A DNA stretch of 64,000 bases from Andalucia godoyi And28 (taxonomy: Eukaryota > Protista > Jakobida), in contig VRVR01000039.1 of assembly GCA_009859145.1 (NCBI GenBank), forward strand, positions 7,909 to 71,908, in the 5' to 3' direction. The notes beneath the pieces are model-generated. The model was not told where the DNA came from, did not search any database, and worked only from the letters and a program-made list of their open reading frames with translations. A program made the translations under genes and the position numbers. Positions 33,301-40,949 of this stretch are shown here, one piece after another (position 1 is the stretch's first letter; every line of letters starts with the position of its first letter).

Positions 33301-33945
33301 CAAGTCTGACGATCCCGAGGTGGACTGCAGCGTCGCGATCTGATCGGACGATCGGACGATGCTGATTTCTTCCGTGGTGAGCTTCCCTGACGAGATGGAC
33401 TGTGATGCCATCGACTGGAGAGACAGTCTGGATGGTTCGTGTATTTCAGAGACTTTCAGTCCAAGATAGGTGACGAATCCTGCCAGAACCCAAAACGCGA
33501 TCATGTGAACCACTGCCAGTGATTTCCACACACGCCGCTCGATCAGTGCTCGCCGCTCTCTGATCGGTTCTAAATCCACCTCCGGATACAGCGTTTTGAA
33601 GTCTGGAACCAGGAAAAGCGGATTCCCAAACTCTGCGTTCTTCTCTGGATGAGGGGAGGCGGACTGAATCATGTCTTCTGCCGCCCTGCTATCTCCGCCC
33701 TCGGCACGAACGACGCTCGCCAGTGCATACCGCTTCCTGTATTCCTGCTCCTTGTCAAACAGCACTTGCAGGCGCTGTTGCCTCGCCGCATAGTCGTCCA
33801 GCGGCGTCGAAACTGGACTTTGCACCGGCGGGGGATCATTCAGCATCGGCGATGCGCTTCCACCCATCCTGGAAAATCCAATCAACGGAGGAGGAGCCCG
33901 CACTCGGAAGGCTCCTGAGCTGGGTTTTTCTTTTGCTGCGTTCAT
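27346..33945 (-). CDS. Giant type II membrane protein B, 2199 aa, paralogue of protein A with expanded repeat modules
   Basis: Uninterrupted ORF collinear with protein A. One TM helix (SLAVVHMIAFWVLAGFVTYLGL), four Gly-rich modules, C-terminal PANSVIMFKGIACPAGY...GRAVFG, an HTH motif and terminal YLLVCYKL. Confidence 0.88.
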   Translation of the reverse strand: MNAAKEKPSSGAFRVRAPPPLIGFSRMGGSASPMLNDPPPVQSPVSTPLDDYAARQQRLQVLFDKEQEYRKRYALASVVRAEGGDSRAAEDMIQSASPHPEKNAEFGNPLFLVPDFKTLYPEVDLEPIRERRALIERRVWKSLAVVHMIAFWVLAGFVTYLGLKVSEIHEPSRLSLQSMASQSISSGKLTTEEISIVRSSDQIATLQSTSGSSDLHIVSAAGSSALVLQTGATVPQFEISTAASGFEISSGGVDVMRSTSHGVVFPGDVVSKSLSSSVLNVSSTFSAAFFGTDLHALEGGGLTQGPSTRTSSLVFADGTLVVSGSNKIIFSVGTDMVFETDQTVLSTVRLKGFQIFDRTLTFLNWNVSERSISSSLSEPVSLSAASGLVIDGGNGPVRFSGSSVQIDSISFRKLLWDDPQSPLQILAPGGVVFPATAAFSYTSPNSTMTFDFHGPVLERFSASYSAVLGNASSHFLVPSGNRSDSDSFVEAGIRFTHTTFYLSSNVVLRASPSSLRISHRPTESSPFLDLSETVVRCQDFFCNSTLRTGNSNTTRLKHFFEAAEVEWSMSSGFAVSAVRSQMTLFHSQNPASVIAFDASGLLRIDKTHVSMDGTLGFHQNGSETLHLSPSGLRLNRTLILSTSGGRGYVASESGLTTVELSNGGTMVLSASNSVNVFSPLKFCKDDCTNISTAIVVNNTNSRISSSSLHLDFLSGELSALSVSARILFNHQGHVFLDSDWSLCGRSRQTGSLAPLSISFENSTFLSSRGSIVLSSPEPLLLEGSRKLHIGGLVLDGNTLEVDGASMVLDLQNASVTGRNASLNFRAQSLVASDASTGTVWMDVRRFSNGSVAVSHVAHLDVSRATTEFSLSAADSCPQCTSGGRMLLSAGSFINASVRGSGGSLYFAGGSSHNGTGGDVCIQGGSSATETAGSIILSAGNANSAVLGNINFSSTVLSVSATRFLTPWFALNSSGLFFFDPRGSSRITLDHDASSVSLAGQNISFSGLDTRLSSSSILLVASESFALEASMSSFRIDRGSWIMDTPSCSITTSNLTLASKSIALLSPKIFVGSNATAVVNIQADAVQLLSSSLRTMLTLTEKAVVVAAGNSLLRLDNSSLFAGVPSGNISFSSTSSRLSLLNDLYISTQSLTVSPSSSLASLTVQWGSDNASVTHSRPVSTSQAASLTAILGQSSLSGAGGDVHIFAGNGSTAASSSASAAGGSVYVQAGAGAQQATGAAFTLGGGYGGDGGDVIISSGMAASSRIRDGNVSILTQSFFVRSTTRSSTLLDISTANQSEDRVRIGNMAAGVSSPDYTDLIEARGNVISLKGASYLSMIAETANATIVIGQSSSSSLVPENILIRARNISLMDANGTPSVTVSTTAIDFNRSGQISISVPLLTVSSDKVSVTSGAAGYVLTSRDPALPTYLALGTSTSATMISRPVSTGAASSTVLTGQTACADCGNGGNFIVRAGYGHTLQSAAAGGSLILEAGNGFGDAAGGNVAISAGDSSSTSTGGSILLRAGGSASASYSPSSTGSVLVDAHAFSVRSWSQLTPFFVVGTMDADPAGDHVLIGNTNSSISPSATDYTDLVYIRASTFKTLAGQSINLKTEDTVSANTNIEIGEFSDASTYTNYLRLRAQSVIFRDRKLRTSLEIDDVAFRVNRTGEVRLDAGTMALTSTGTFSVFTSSQGMIVRPSVPTNPLLISVGPTQAGVEISMPASVSPAHGSDLKIYGQSACSNCGDGGSISLAAGEASSNNASLTGGSLNLYAGLGRSQSGGGWIRLFAADSISGRGGSIHLRTGLGNTVGSTMLETHSLTVQNHAYSDPILAVHSSDSESFGGDRIEIGNSNPSISMVDASYTNSIMTRANAYTATVGTLFRVLTEQPFPAVETTVEIGDTNVTNRYPSYIKLRGNTTTLCSNRVSVQFEGASPMFIVGASSNAPTMTFTGSSVEFSAASAASGLALRSTQALLFHQTSMYLKTASAAGTVIQIGVSATDAASSGTETVVIRGTSVQIWDTNAASTNARLDISSSNYVLRAGTSGAVSVVGDLLVSGKVKESGDALIPANSVIMFKGIACPAGYAELTEARGRAVFGMPTQTSGAWADYSPQQGSSLPFPPSSTTRSFSVPGQTISVSLSHTHGGVSLPNSNCCGGGSQTVAQQSYSGSTSATVAAASTTGVPVHNIVPGLYLLVCYKL

Positions 33946-34458
33946 CCCCTCAGATTGCCCGTTCTCTCTGCGTTCCCTGTTTCTCTAGCTGCTGTTGAAT
34001 TTCTTCTTCGTTCTATTCGTCTTTTTTATTATTTGTTATTATTAAAATATTATTATCACTAATTTGTGCCAAAACGAATCAACAAATGGCGTAAAACGAG
34101 ATTCTGTTTCATTTGTCAACCAAAAAGCTGCTGTAAGAAATTGGTGTACAGCAGATTCCGCAGCTTCCCCACGAGGCGGGCAATCTGGAATGCTGCAGAG
34201 CACGTGTTTATCATGTGCAGGACGTGCTCCAAATTCCGACATGTTTTTCTTTGTGTGATTTTTGTTGTTTTGTTTTGTTTTGGAACGCAGCGTCCTGTGT
34301 CTTGTTTGATTCTCGCCGGCGAGACTTGAAACTCTGTGCGAAATGGCAAAGCTGGAAAAGCTGGAAAAGCTGGAAAAAGCGTTCCAACAGCAATTGGCTT
34401 CCCTGCTCCCCCACACCTCGCGCCTCATAAATAAAGTGGCAACAACGCATTGACAATC

Positions 34459-35079
34459 TTACGAATTCTTGTCAGATACTTTGGTGAAGCTGGAAGCCTG
34501 CATGTGCGCGCGCTCGATTGGGCCTGCGGTTGCAAGATTTTCCAATCGCTTGAAGCAGTCGTCCATTCTCGCAAGCTGGAACTTCACAGACGACAAGTCA
34601 TCCCGAAGCTCAAACACGTCTTGCTTGAGCCGAGTCAGCTGATCGATGTGGTCGTCCTTGCTGGAAGACGACGACATGATGCTTCGGAGCCGCTGCGTTA
34701 CTGACTGCAATTCCAACGCTTTCTCTTTCCTTGCTCTCTCGTTGTGGTTTGGCCAAGTGGTGGCATCATCGGAAGACTGTCCTTTTGCGGTCGTCGTCGT
34801 CGTCGTCGCAGTGGCAGTGGCAGCTGCTGGAAAACTTGGATCCAGCTTCAAAGTGTACTGAACCGGTTCGTCCTTTGGAACCAACAACGGACGGTGAGTG
34901 GAAGTCGGCTTTGAACCGGAAGCTCCCAGCGGCGACACAGGAGTGTACCATGGAACATTCGCGGGCTTGTCGTCCTGCAAATCCTGTGTTGTCAACCGAC
35001 TCGCACGAAATCGCGCAAGGTTCTGCCGAAAATCTTGCAGAAACACGTCAATGTCTTCCGATGTCACTGCGTCTGACAT
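34459..35079 (-). CDS. Hypothetical protein with C-terminal coiled coil, 206 aa
   Basis: ATG at 35079, a Thr/Ala low-complexity linker and heptad segment IDQLTRLKQDVFELRDDLSSVKFQL. Confidence 0.7.
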   Translation of the reverse strand: MSDAVTSEDIDVFLQDFRQNLARFRASRLTTQDLQDDKPANVPWYTPVSPLGASGSKPTSTHRPLLVPKDEPVQYTLKLDPSFPAAATATATTTTTTAKGQSSDDATTWPNHNERARKEKALELQSVTQRLRSIMSSSSSKDDHIDQLTRLKQDVFELRDDLSSVKFQLARMDDCFKRLENLATAGPIERAHMQASSFTKVSDKNS

Positions 35080-35343
35080 CCTCGAGTTTTCCGTAAATAC
35101 AAAACCCACCCAAGGGGTAAACGAGAAAGAAACCAACAAAGACGAAGCAGAAAAAGGATAATAAAGAAATACCGGTATTGATAATTGGTAGCGTCTACAG
35201 TTGACGAAGACCACCCTTTGCCCCCCGGTGTCGACTGTGAATTATCAAAGGAAAGACACAATAGATACAAAGAAATTGGAGTATATAAGCAACATAGTTC
35301 TTCAAAAAGATAAAATACATGATTAAATGAACAAAGGCACATA

Positions 35344-36996
35344 TTACAGTGTTGAAAAGCCGAACTGGTCGGCAATCTTGTTGGTCGCATCGTCCCACAG
35401 CGTCCATTCCATATGTGTGTAATTTGCGAATACAGACAGAAAACCGTAGACTTCGGACTGCCCTGCTTCCCAGTGTGGAAATGGAGATGGCGGAGGAGGC
35501 GTAATGGGCGCCCCTGCCATGCCGGCAAGGACGTACACGGGTGCAGTGCCGGCGGGTTGGCAGTCATAGTACTTGATAGGGCAGGTGCGCTCGTAAAAAT
35601 GGATATGTGCAGTCAGCACGACGTCCACGTTATACTTGATTGCAACTGGTTCCAAAGCTTCGCGAACGTGATCAAACACTGGACCCTCTGTCTGACTGAC
35701 GTTCTGCGCAGCAGTATAGCCCGGTCTGTGCGAAGCCAGCACTACCCAAGGTGTTTTGGATCGATCGACCTTTGACAGATCATCGTTCAGCCACACGTTC
35801 TGCTCCGATCCCAGTGTGTAATCATGTTCCGAGGAGACCACAGAAAAGTGAATTGGACCGTAATCAAAAGAATACCACCAGCAGTCGTCTCCTCCGTGTT
35901 CCCAAGGCATCCAGAAGCGTCTGCGAACAGGAACACCGCATTCTCCACCAGAATCCATCCCGTAGTCACCCCACGAAGGTCGAAAGCCAAGGCCTGGCCA
36001 GTCATATTCGTGATTTCCAAGAGACATCATCCACGGATACTTGGACGCCATCGGAGAAACTTCGTCGTGGAACAGCGGCCACAGAGACTGCCACCCCATA
36101 GCATAGGAGATATCTCCATTATGGAAGACCATCACATGCTCGTCCGTCGCGTACTCCTGAACGTGCTCCAGAATATGCTCGGACGTGATTCGTGCAGGAC
36201 CGAAATTTGCAGGGTAATATCCACCAACTCCAAGGTCTCCAAATGCGATAACAAGCACGGAGTCCTTTGCAGACACAGGAGGCGTTTGCAACTCATACAG
36301 CGGACTTCCTGATGGAACCCCCTGCGAATGATCGCCCAGCTGATACTCGATCCACAGCCCGACGCCCGCATATTCTGAGATCCGTGCCGCATGGAAATAC
36401 CCGGGAAAATGCCATCCCTTGTTAGTAACGTTTGCCGGCGCTCCGCACATGTCCTCTCTTGCGTACGTTCTTGACAAAAAAGCGTCGACTTGTGTCCACG
36501 GGCACGTCGAGCAGCCGCGCTGCCGATACTGCAGATACGGAGCATAGCCCTCCGAAGCACTCATTGCGCTCGTCCACACGACCAAGATGTCAGATCCATC
36601 AAGCGAGACTCGAGGGGCAAGATGCTCGTTCACATTTGAAAACGACAACAGCAGAGAATGTGCCGCGGCGTCTTCCGCAGACCCGGTGCAGCCAAGCGAA
36701 TACTCGAATCGGTAGGGCTGCAGAATATTCACAATGGAAAAGGTCATGGAACAGGCCCCGGATTTCCAAGTATCGCACTCAGTAACTGGAATGCGAGCCA
36801 GGGATAATAGCGAATCCGCGGGTGAACGGAATACCAAGCAGTCCGTCTCGGATGGCGTGCCGATGCCTTTCCAAGCGACCGTTGCATTCGATCCGCTCCA
36901 TTGCAGCACGGTCGGATCCACGCTCACCGAGGGCTGTCCAACCACAAGCCAAGGCAGCAGTGTCCCCAGCACAATGAACACCGCAAGACACCTCAT
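35344..36996 (-). CDS. Secreted purple acid phosphatase (metallophosphoesterase, plant group Ib-like), 550 aa
   Basis: Signal peptide, then metal-ligand motifs GDLG, GDISY, GNHE, ASH and AHIH. Confidence 0.92.
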   Translation of the reverse strand: MRCLAVFIVLGTLLPWLVVGQPSVSVDPTVLQWSGSNATVAWKGIGTPSETDCLVFRSPADSLLSLARIPVTECDTWKSGACSMTFSIVNILQPYRFEYSLGCTGSAEDAAAHSLLLSFSNVNEHLAPRVSLDGSDILVVWTSAMSASEGYAPYLQYRQRGCSTCPWTQVDAFLSRTYAREDMCGAPANVTNKGWHFPGYFHAARISEYAGVGLWIEYQLGDHSQGVPSGSPLYELQTPPVSAKDSVLVIAFGDLGVGGYYPANFGPARITSEHILEHVQEYATDEHVMVFHNGDISYAMGWQSLWPLFHDEVSPMASKYPWMMSLGNHEYDWPGLGFRPSWGDYGMDSGGECGVPVRRRFWMPWEHGGDDCWWYSFDYGPIHFSVVSSEHDYTLGSEQNVWLNDDLSKVDRSKTPWVVLASHRPGYTAAQNVSQTEGPVFDHVREALEPVAIKYNVDVVLTAHIHFYERTCPIKYYDCQPAGTAPVYVLAGMAGAPITPPPPSPFPHWEAGQSEVYGFLSVFANYTHMEWTLWDDATNKIADQFGFSTL

Positions 36997-37057
36997 GCAA
37001 GCACGCTTTCCTTGTCTCTACTTGTATCCCTCTTTTTTTATATTTAATATTAAAAAA

Positions 37058-37657
37058 ACCTCGTGCGCGATGACGAAACCCTCGGAACCCGTTTGGTCAG
37101 CACGAGGTCGTTGAATAATATAACACGTCATTGTCATGCATACGGAAGTAGGCATAAACAGACACGGTCGATACTGGCCGACTCTAGCACGTTTGCTTCA
37201 CACGGGAATTCGTGCTTACGCACGCTCGGCCAGAATTCAGCCGGTGGCACACGCTCCGCATTTTCGACACTCTTTAACGCAGCATCCGTAGCCATCTGTT
37301 CTATCATTCGTTGGTTCCACTTTATTAATTCAAATATGGGCGTGAGCGCGCTGGGATGACGCATTCGCCTACGCCTACGCCGCTCGATACAGGGCCTCCT
37401 AGGTCCCGCAGACCTCCTAAGAGATCACGTGTCACTGCGCCTACCGCCTCTTCCTCTCGCATCTCCAGTTGCATCAATCGCTGCAACTGAGGACACGAAA
37501 GCGCCTGCTGCTGCTAGGGCCGTCAGAATCAAAATGCACCCTTCTCAGGAACAACGTGAGGCGTGTTGGGGCCTATCCCCTTCGCGGCAACGGGATGCAA
37601 GATTGAAGATGCATGTCTATTCGTAGATATGCATGTTCAGTGTACAATGTAGGCGAT
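37058..37657 (+). mobile_element. Candidate decayed TnpB/Fanzor-type element (left hairpin, N-terminal ORF remnant, structured right end)
   Basis: About 17-bp imperfect hairpin at 37058-37108, a frameshifted ORF remnant with RAVRIKMHPSQEQRE, an 11-bp UUCG hairpin, and a 19-mer shared with 49874-49892. Family assignment is inference. Confidence 0.42.
37356..37560 (+). pseudogene. Frameshifted TnpB/Fanzor-like N-terminus (NLS-like segment + HTH_OrfB_IS605-like strand-helix)
   Basis: ATG 37356 gives MTHSPTPTPLDTGPPRSRRPPKRSRV. In the +1 frame, AAARAVRIKMHPSQEQRE resembles the TnpB start (K/R)xx(K/R)xR(I/L)YPTxEQ. No RuvC motifs remain. Confidence 0.4.
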
Positions 37658-37926
37658 GGATGCACCACCTTACAGCAGGTGCGGGCGTTGCGCGCAGAGG
37701 CGTTAAAATCTCCGACTCCGTCAGCAAACGTCCGACTTTTCCCCGACTTTCTGTTTTGATTCTTGATTCTCTATCTTCCCTCTCTTTTGTCGTTGTTGTT
37801 GTTGTTTTGTTTGTTTGTTAGTTCGTTTGTTTGTTGTTGCTCCAGCCGAGGTTCCATTTTTGCAGCTGATTTTGCTTTCGATTTTTTAAATTCTTTAAAT
37901 TCTTCTTTGGGTTGGGATTGTTCGAC

Positions 37927-38727
37927 ATGCAAGACGACGCGGGGCAGCATCCTCGTTGGCATATCCCCCGAAAACACAGGGTCCCGACGGAATCAAACAC
38001 GGATCATTTCGGCAGGAATTTTGGCGACTTCTTCTCCAGTATGGCCTCCGTTTCATTGTCTTTTATTTGTCTTTTATTTTGATTTTCTTCATGCAAGGAT
38101 GGTGTACTTACTCTTTGGTCCGTAGCCAATCCTGCAAGCAGTGCGATTGCGGGAAACTCGAAGCGTCATTTTGCAAGCCAGACGTCAGAAGAGGCGTCTT
38201 GGAAGCCCACACTGCGTATGGTCCCGGCAGTGCATCATGAGGATCGGCCGACGGGAAAGCGCAGTCTGCACTCCAGAGCGTCGTCGTTTGCTTCGCAGTC
38301 TTCGAAGAAAATGGTCCCCGAAGCAAATCACCAGAACTTCGATCCTCCAAGCATCCCTGTAAAGAGAAAAGTGCTGAATGACGAGGGCTCGCGAGTGCAC
38401 GAGGGTCGGTCGGAGGAGACTGTACTCGAAAACGCAATGTCGCGGAAGAGCGGGGTGTCGGACCCTAGAAACGGAATTCCAGCTTCAAGACCTGGTGACA
38501 AGTCTTATGCGCACCCAGAGGCATCGCCGTCCTTTTTTGCGCAAGAGGGAATTGTGCCGCAGAGTTCATTTGGGATGACACGACAGTCTCTCACCAGCAC
38601 GTCGGTTCCTCTTGCGACAACTCCCACAAGAGGAGTCGCATTTTCGGATAGAATACAAAAGGAACGGCATGACCAGGAACGGATGGATGTCAAAGGTTTG
38701 GATGACTGGAAACCTGCCCCTCGGTGA
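37927..38727 (+). CDS. SPATS1/SASRP1-like protein, 237 aa, two exons (37927-38038, 38126-38727)
   Basis: Splicing 38039-38125 joins MQDDAGQHPRW... in frame to the 38218 ORF. RNGIPASRPGDKSYAHPEASPSFF resembles the SPATS1 domain, recalled from memory. Confidence 0.7.
38039..38125 (+). other. 87-nt GT-AG spliceosomal intron
   Basis: Donor GTATGG, T-rich body containing an in-frame stop, branch-like TACTTAC at 38105-38111, acceptor CGTAG. Removal restores one continuous frame. Confidence 0.78.
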
Positions 38728-38998
38728 CAGCCATGATCCGCAGAGAGAAAAACAAACCAGACAATAGCAATCATAAAGTAAGAAGAAGAAGAAAAATCAA
38801 ATTGAATCATTTCTGCACACGCTCTTCTCCGCTCGCCGGAGGCGGAACACTTCATTACTTTTTTTTTTTTTTGGAATAAATATTACTCGAGTAAGAACGT
38901 CTGAAGCACTCCTCCGTGCCAACAGCTCTGAATAATATAATAATAATCGTAAATTCGTCATTTCGAAAAAAAGAAAAAAACTGAAAAAAGAATAGTCG

Positions 38999-40501
38999 TC
39001 ATGTCCCGGTTTCCCGCAAAGCATCCACGATCTGGGCTGCCGTCAGCAATGGGAAGTATAATTGCAGCTCCAGCGCCCTCTTTGAGAGAACACCGATCTT
39101 GGGACCTTGGGGAATACCAAGAGCAGCCGAAATGTCTTTCCCGCTGACGAGCGGCTTCATGTTGTAGACATCGGATAGGTGCTCGTGCTCTGCGTAATCA
39201 AGCAAACTCAGGAACCAGGCCTCGGAAGAATCTCCATGAAGCATGCAGTCGGCACAGGCAACAACCACGGCGCATCTCCAAGACGAACCACAAATTCGAA
39301 TCATCATCGCAACGCTCAATCGGTCAAATGGCACGTGATCTCGCTTCCATGCTAATATCACATCGGCAGCATCGTGGATCCGTGCACACTCCTCAGTATC
39401 TCGGCCTCGAAACTTCAGTGCGTCCTTCAGCACGAAGGATGTGGAGGACAGCAGCTTCCCCTTTCCATCTAGAAATCCCATTTTAGCTCTGTGGACGTAC
39501 CACGTCAACAACGCCAGATACAGAATCTTCTGTTCTTCTTGCGAGGCAACAGCCGGCCATTTCGATAGACCTTGAATAAACAGCGGATGCATTCGCTGCT
39601 CCACAAACTGGAGCAAGTTGATAGTGTACTCCGCATATTCATCAAAGTTCACTTGTGCCTGCTGATCTTCGGTAGGATAGCAGGGAAACACAATGCTCCA
39701 AATCCCAAACTCTCGCAAAAGACGCGTCACCATTGACATGGTGGAGCTTTTCAGCATTCCCTCCAGTTCCGCACCGATCCGTTCTCGCGATATCTTGTGC
39801 AGGAGAGCCTCGTGACACTCGGGTAGTTTGGCAGCAGTCACGATCTCCGGTACGATATCAAAGTGAAATCGCGACGAGAACCGCACAGCACGCAGCACGC
39901 GAAGAGGATCATCCAAGAATGTCTCTCTCGGTGCGAGTGGAGTTCGCAGCACACCCTGTTTTAGATCCGCCAACCCTGTTCCCACAAAGTCTTCCACCGC
40001 CTCTGTCGCAAGATTAAAAAACATTGAGTTGATTGTGAAATCGCGTCGCATTGCGTCTTCCACCGGAGTTCCAATCCGGACGATTGGAATCCGCGAGTTT
40101 GCAGTGTACTCCTCTGCTCGGAGATGCACAAAATCAATCCAATGATTGCACAGCTTCATGGTCGCCGTCTCGAGATGCTTCGACTGTTCTGGATTGCTCG
40201 CAATCACTCCAATCTGGTGCGTCGGAAGCCCCGTGTGGGCCAGATACTTGTTGACGTACTCTGCAAAGTCCTTCCCCATCATGTTGTCCAGAGCAATATC
40301 AATGTCGTCGCACGACCTTCCTAGCAGCTTGTCTCGCACCCAACCGCCCGCAACCCGCATCGTCGCCGACAGCTTAAAATGCGTGTTCACCGACTGTAAA
40401 AGACCAAACACTTGGCGCTCGCTTTCTGTCAAGCTGATAGACATTGGTGGCTGATGGACTCGTCGATACACCAAACTGATTCCTCGCCCAAATAATAACA
40501 T
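38999..40501 (-). CDS. TRNT1: CCA-adding tRNA nucleotidyltransferase (class II), 500 aa
   Basis: VAGGWVRDKLLG, DDIDIA, flexible loop RAEEY, RRDFTINS and DDPLRVLRAVRF. Second in-frame ATG at 40444. Confidence 0.95.
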   Translation of the reverse strand: MLLFGRGISLVYRRVHQPPMSISLTESERQVFGLLQSVNTHFKLSATMRVAGGWVRDKLLGRSCDDIDIALDNMMGKDFAEYVNKYLAHTGLPTHQIGVIASNPEQSKHLETATMKLCNHWIDFVHLRAEEYTANSRIPIVRIGTPVEDAMRRDFTINSMFFNLATEAVEDFVGTGLADLKQGVLRTPLAPRETFLDDPLRVLRAVRFSSRFHFDIVPEIVTAAKLPECHEALLHKISRERIGAELEGMLKSSTMSMVTRLLREFGIWSIVFPCYPTEDQQAQVNFDEYAEYTINLLQFVEQRMHPLFIQGLSKWPAVASQEEQKILYLALLTWYVHRAKMGFLDGKGKLLSSTSFVLKDALKFRGRDTEECARIHDAADVILAWKRDHVPFDRLSVAMMIRICGSSWRCAVVVACADCMLHGDSSEAWFLSLLDYAEHEHLSDVYNMKPLVSGKDISAALGIPQGPKIGVLSKRALELQLYFPLLTAAQIVDALRETGT

Positions 40502-40592
40502 GCACTGAAAACAGAACCTCCGGCGAAACGCAAGAGATGAATGGGGGGAAAAATAAAATAATAAAACAAATCCTTTTTAATTTATTATTATT

Positions 40593-40623
<31 letters not shown>

Positions 40624-40949
40624 AATTAAAAAGAATGCTCTTGCCTTCACCATCGCCTTCACCTTTCTCCGTCGCCTTCATCACATACCGCATGTAAATC
40701 GACATTTCTTTTTTTGCGTGTTCCAGTGCCATACTCGACTGCACTCGACTGACCTCAACTGAACGATAAAAAATTGTCGCTCTCTTTCTTTCTTTGGCTT
40801 TCTTCATTCTTGTTAATTCATGTATTAATTTCTTAATTCTTTTCTGTTTTATTTTAATATTAATATAACGTCATTAAATTTGACGAGTCTCTTGCTACGA
40901 TTGCAGATTGGCTTCTGCAGAGCGGTGCAAAGTCGCGGAAGGAACACGG

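Noticed and set aside
21888-33945. Prophage or endogenous virus around the fibre genes
   Set aside because: No capsid, terminase, integrase, polymerase or att-like repeats. The flanks are normal host spacers, and both proteins have TM anchors and many sequons.
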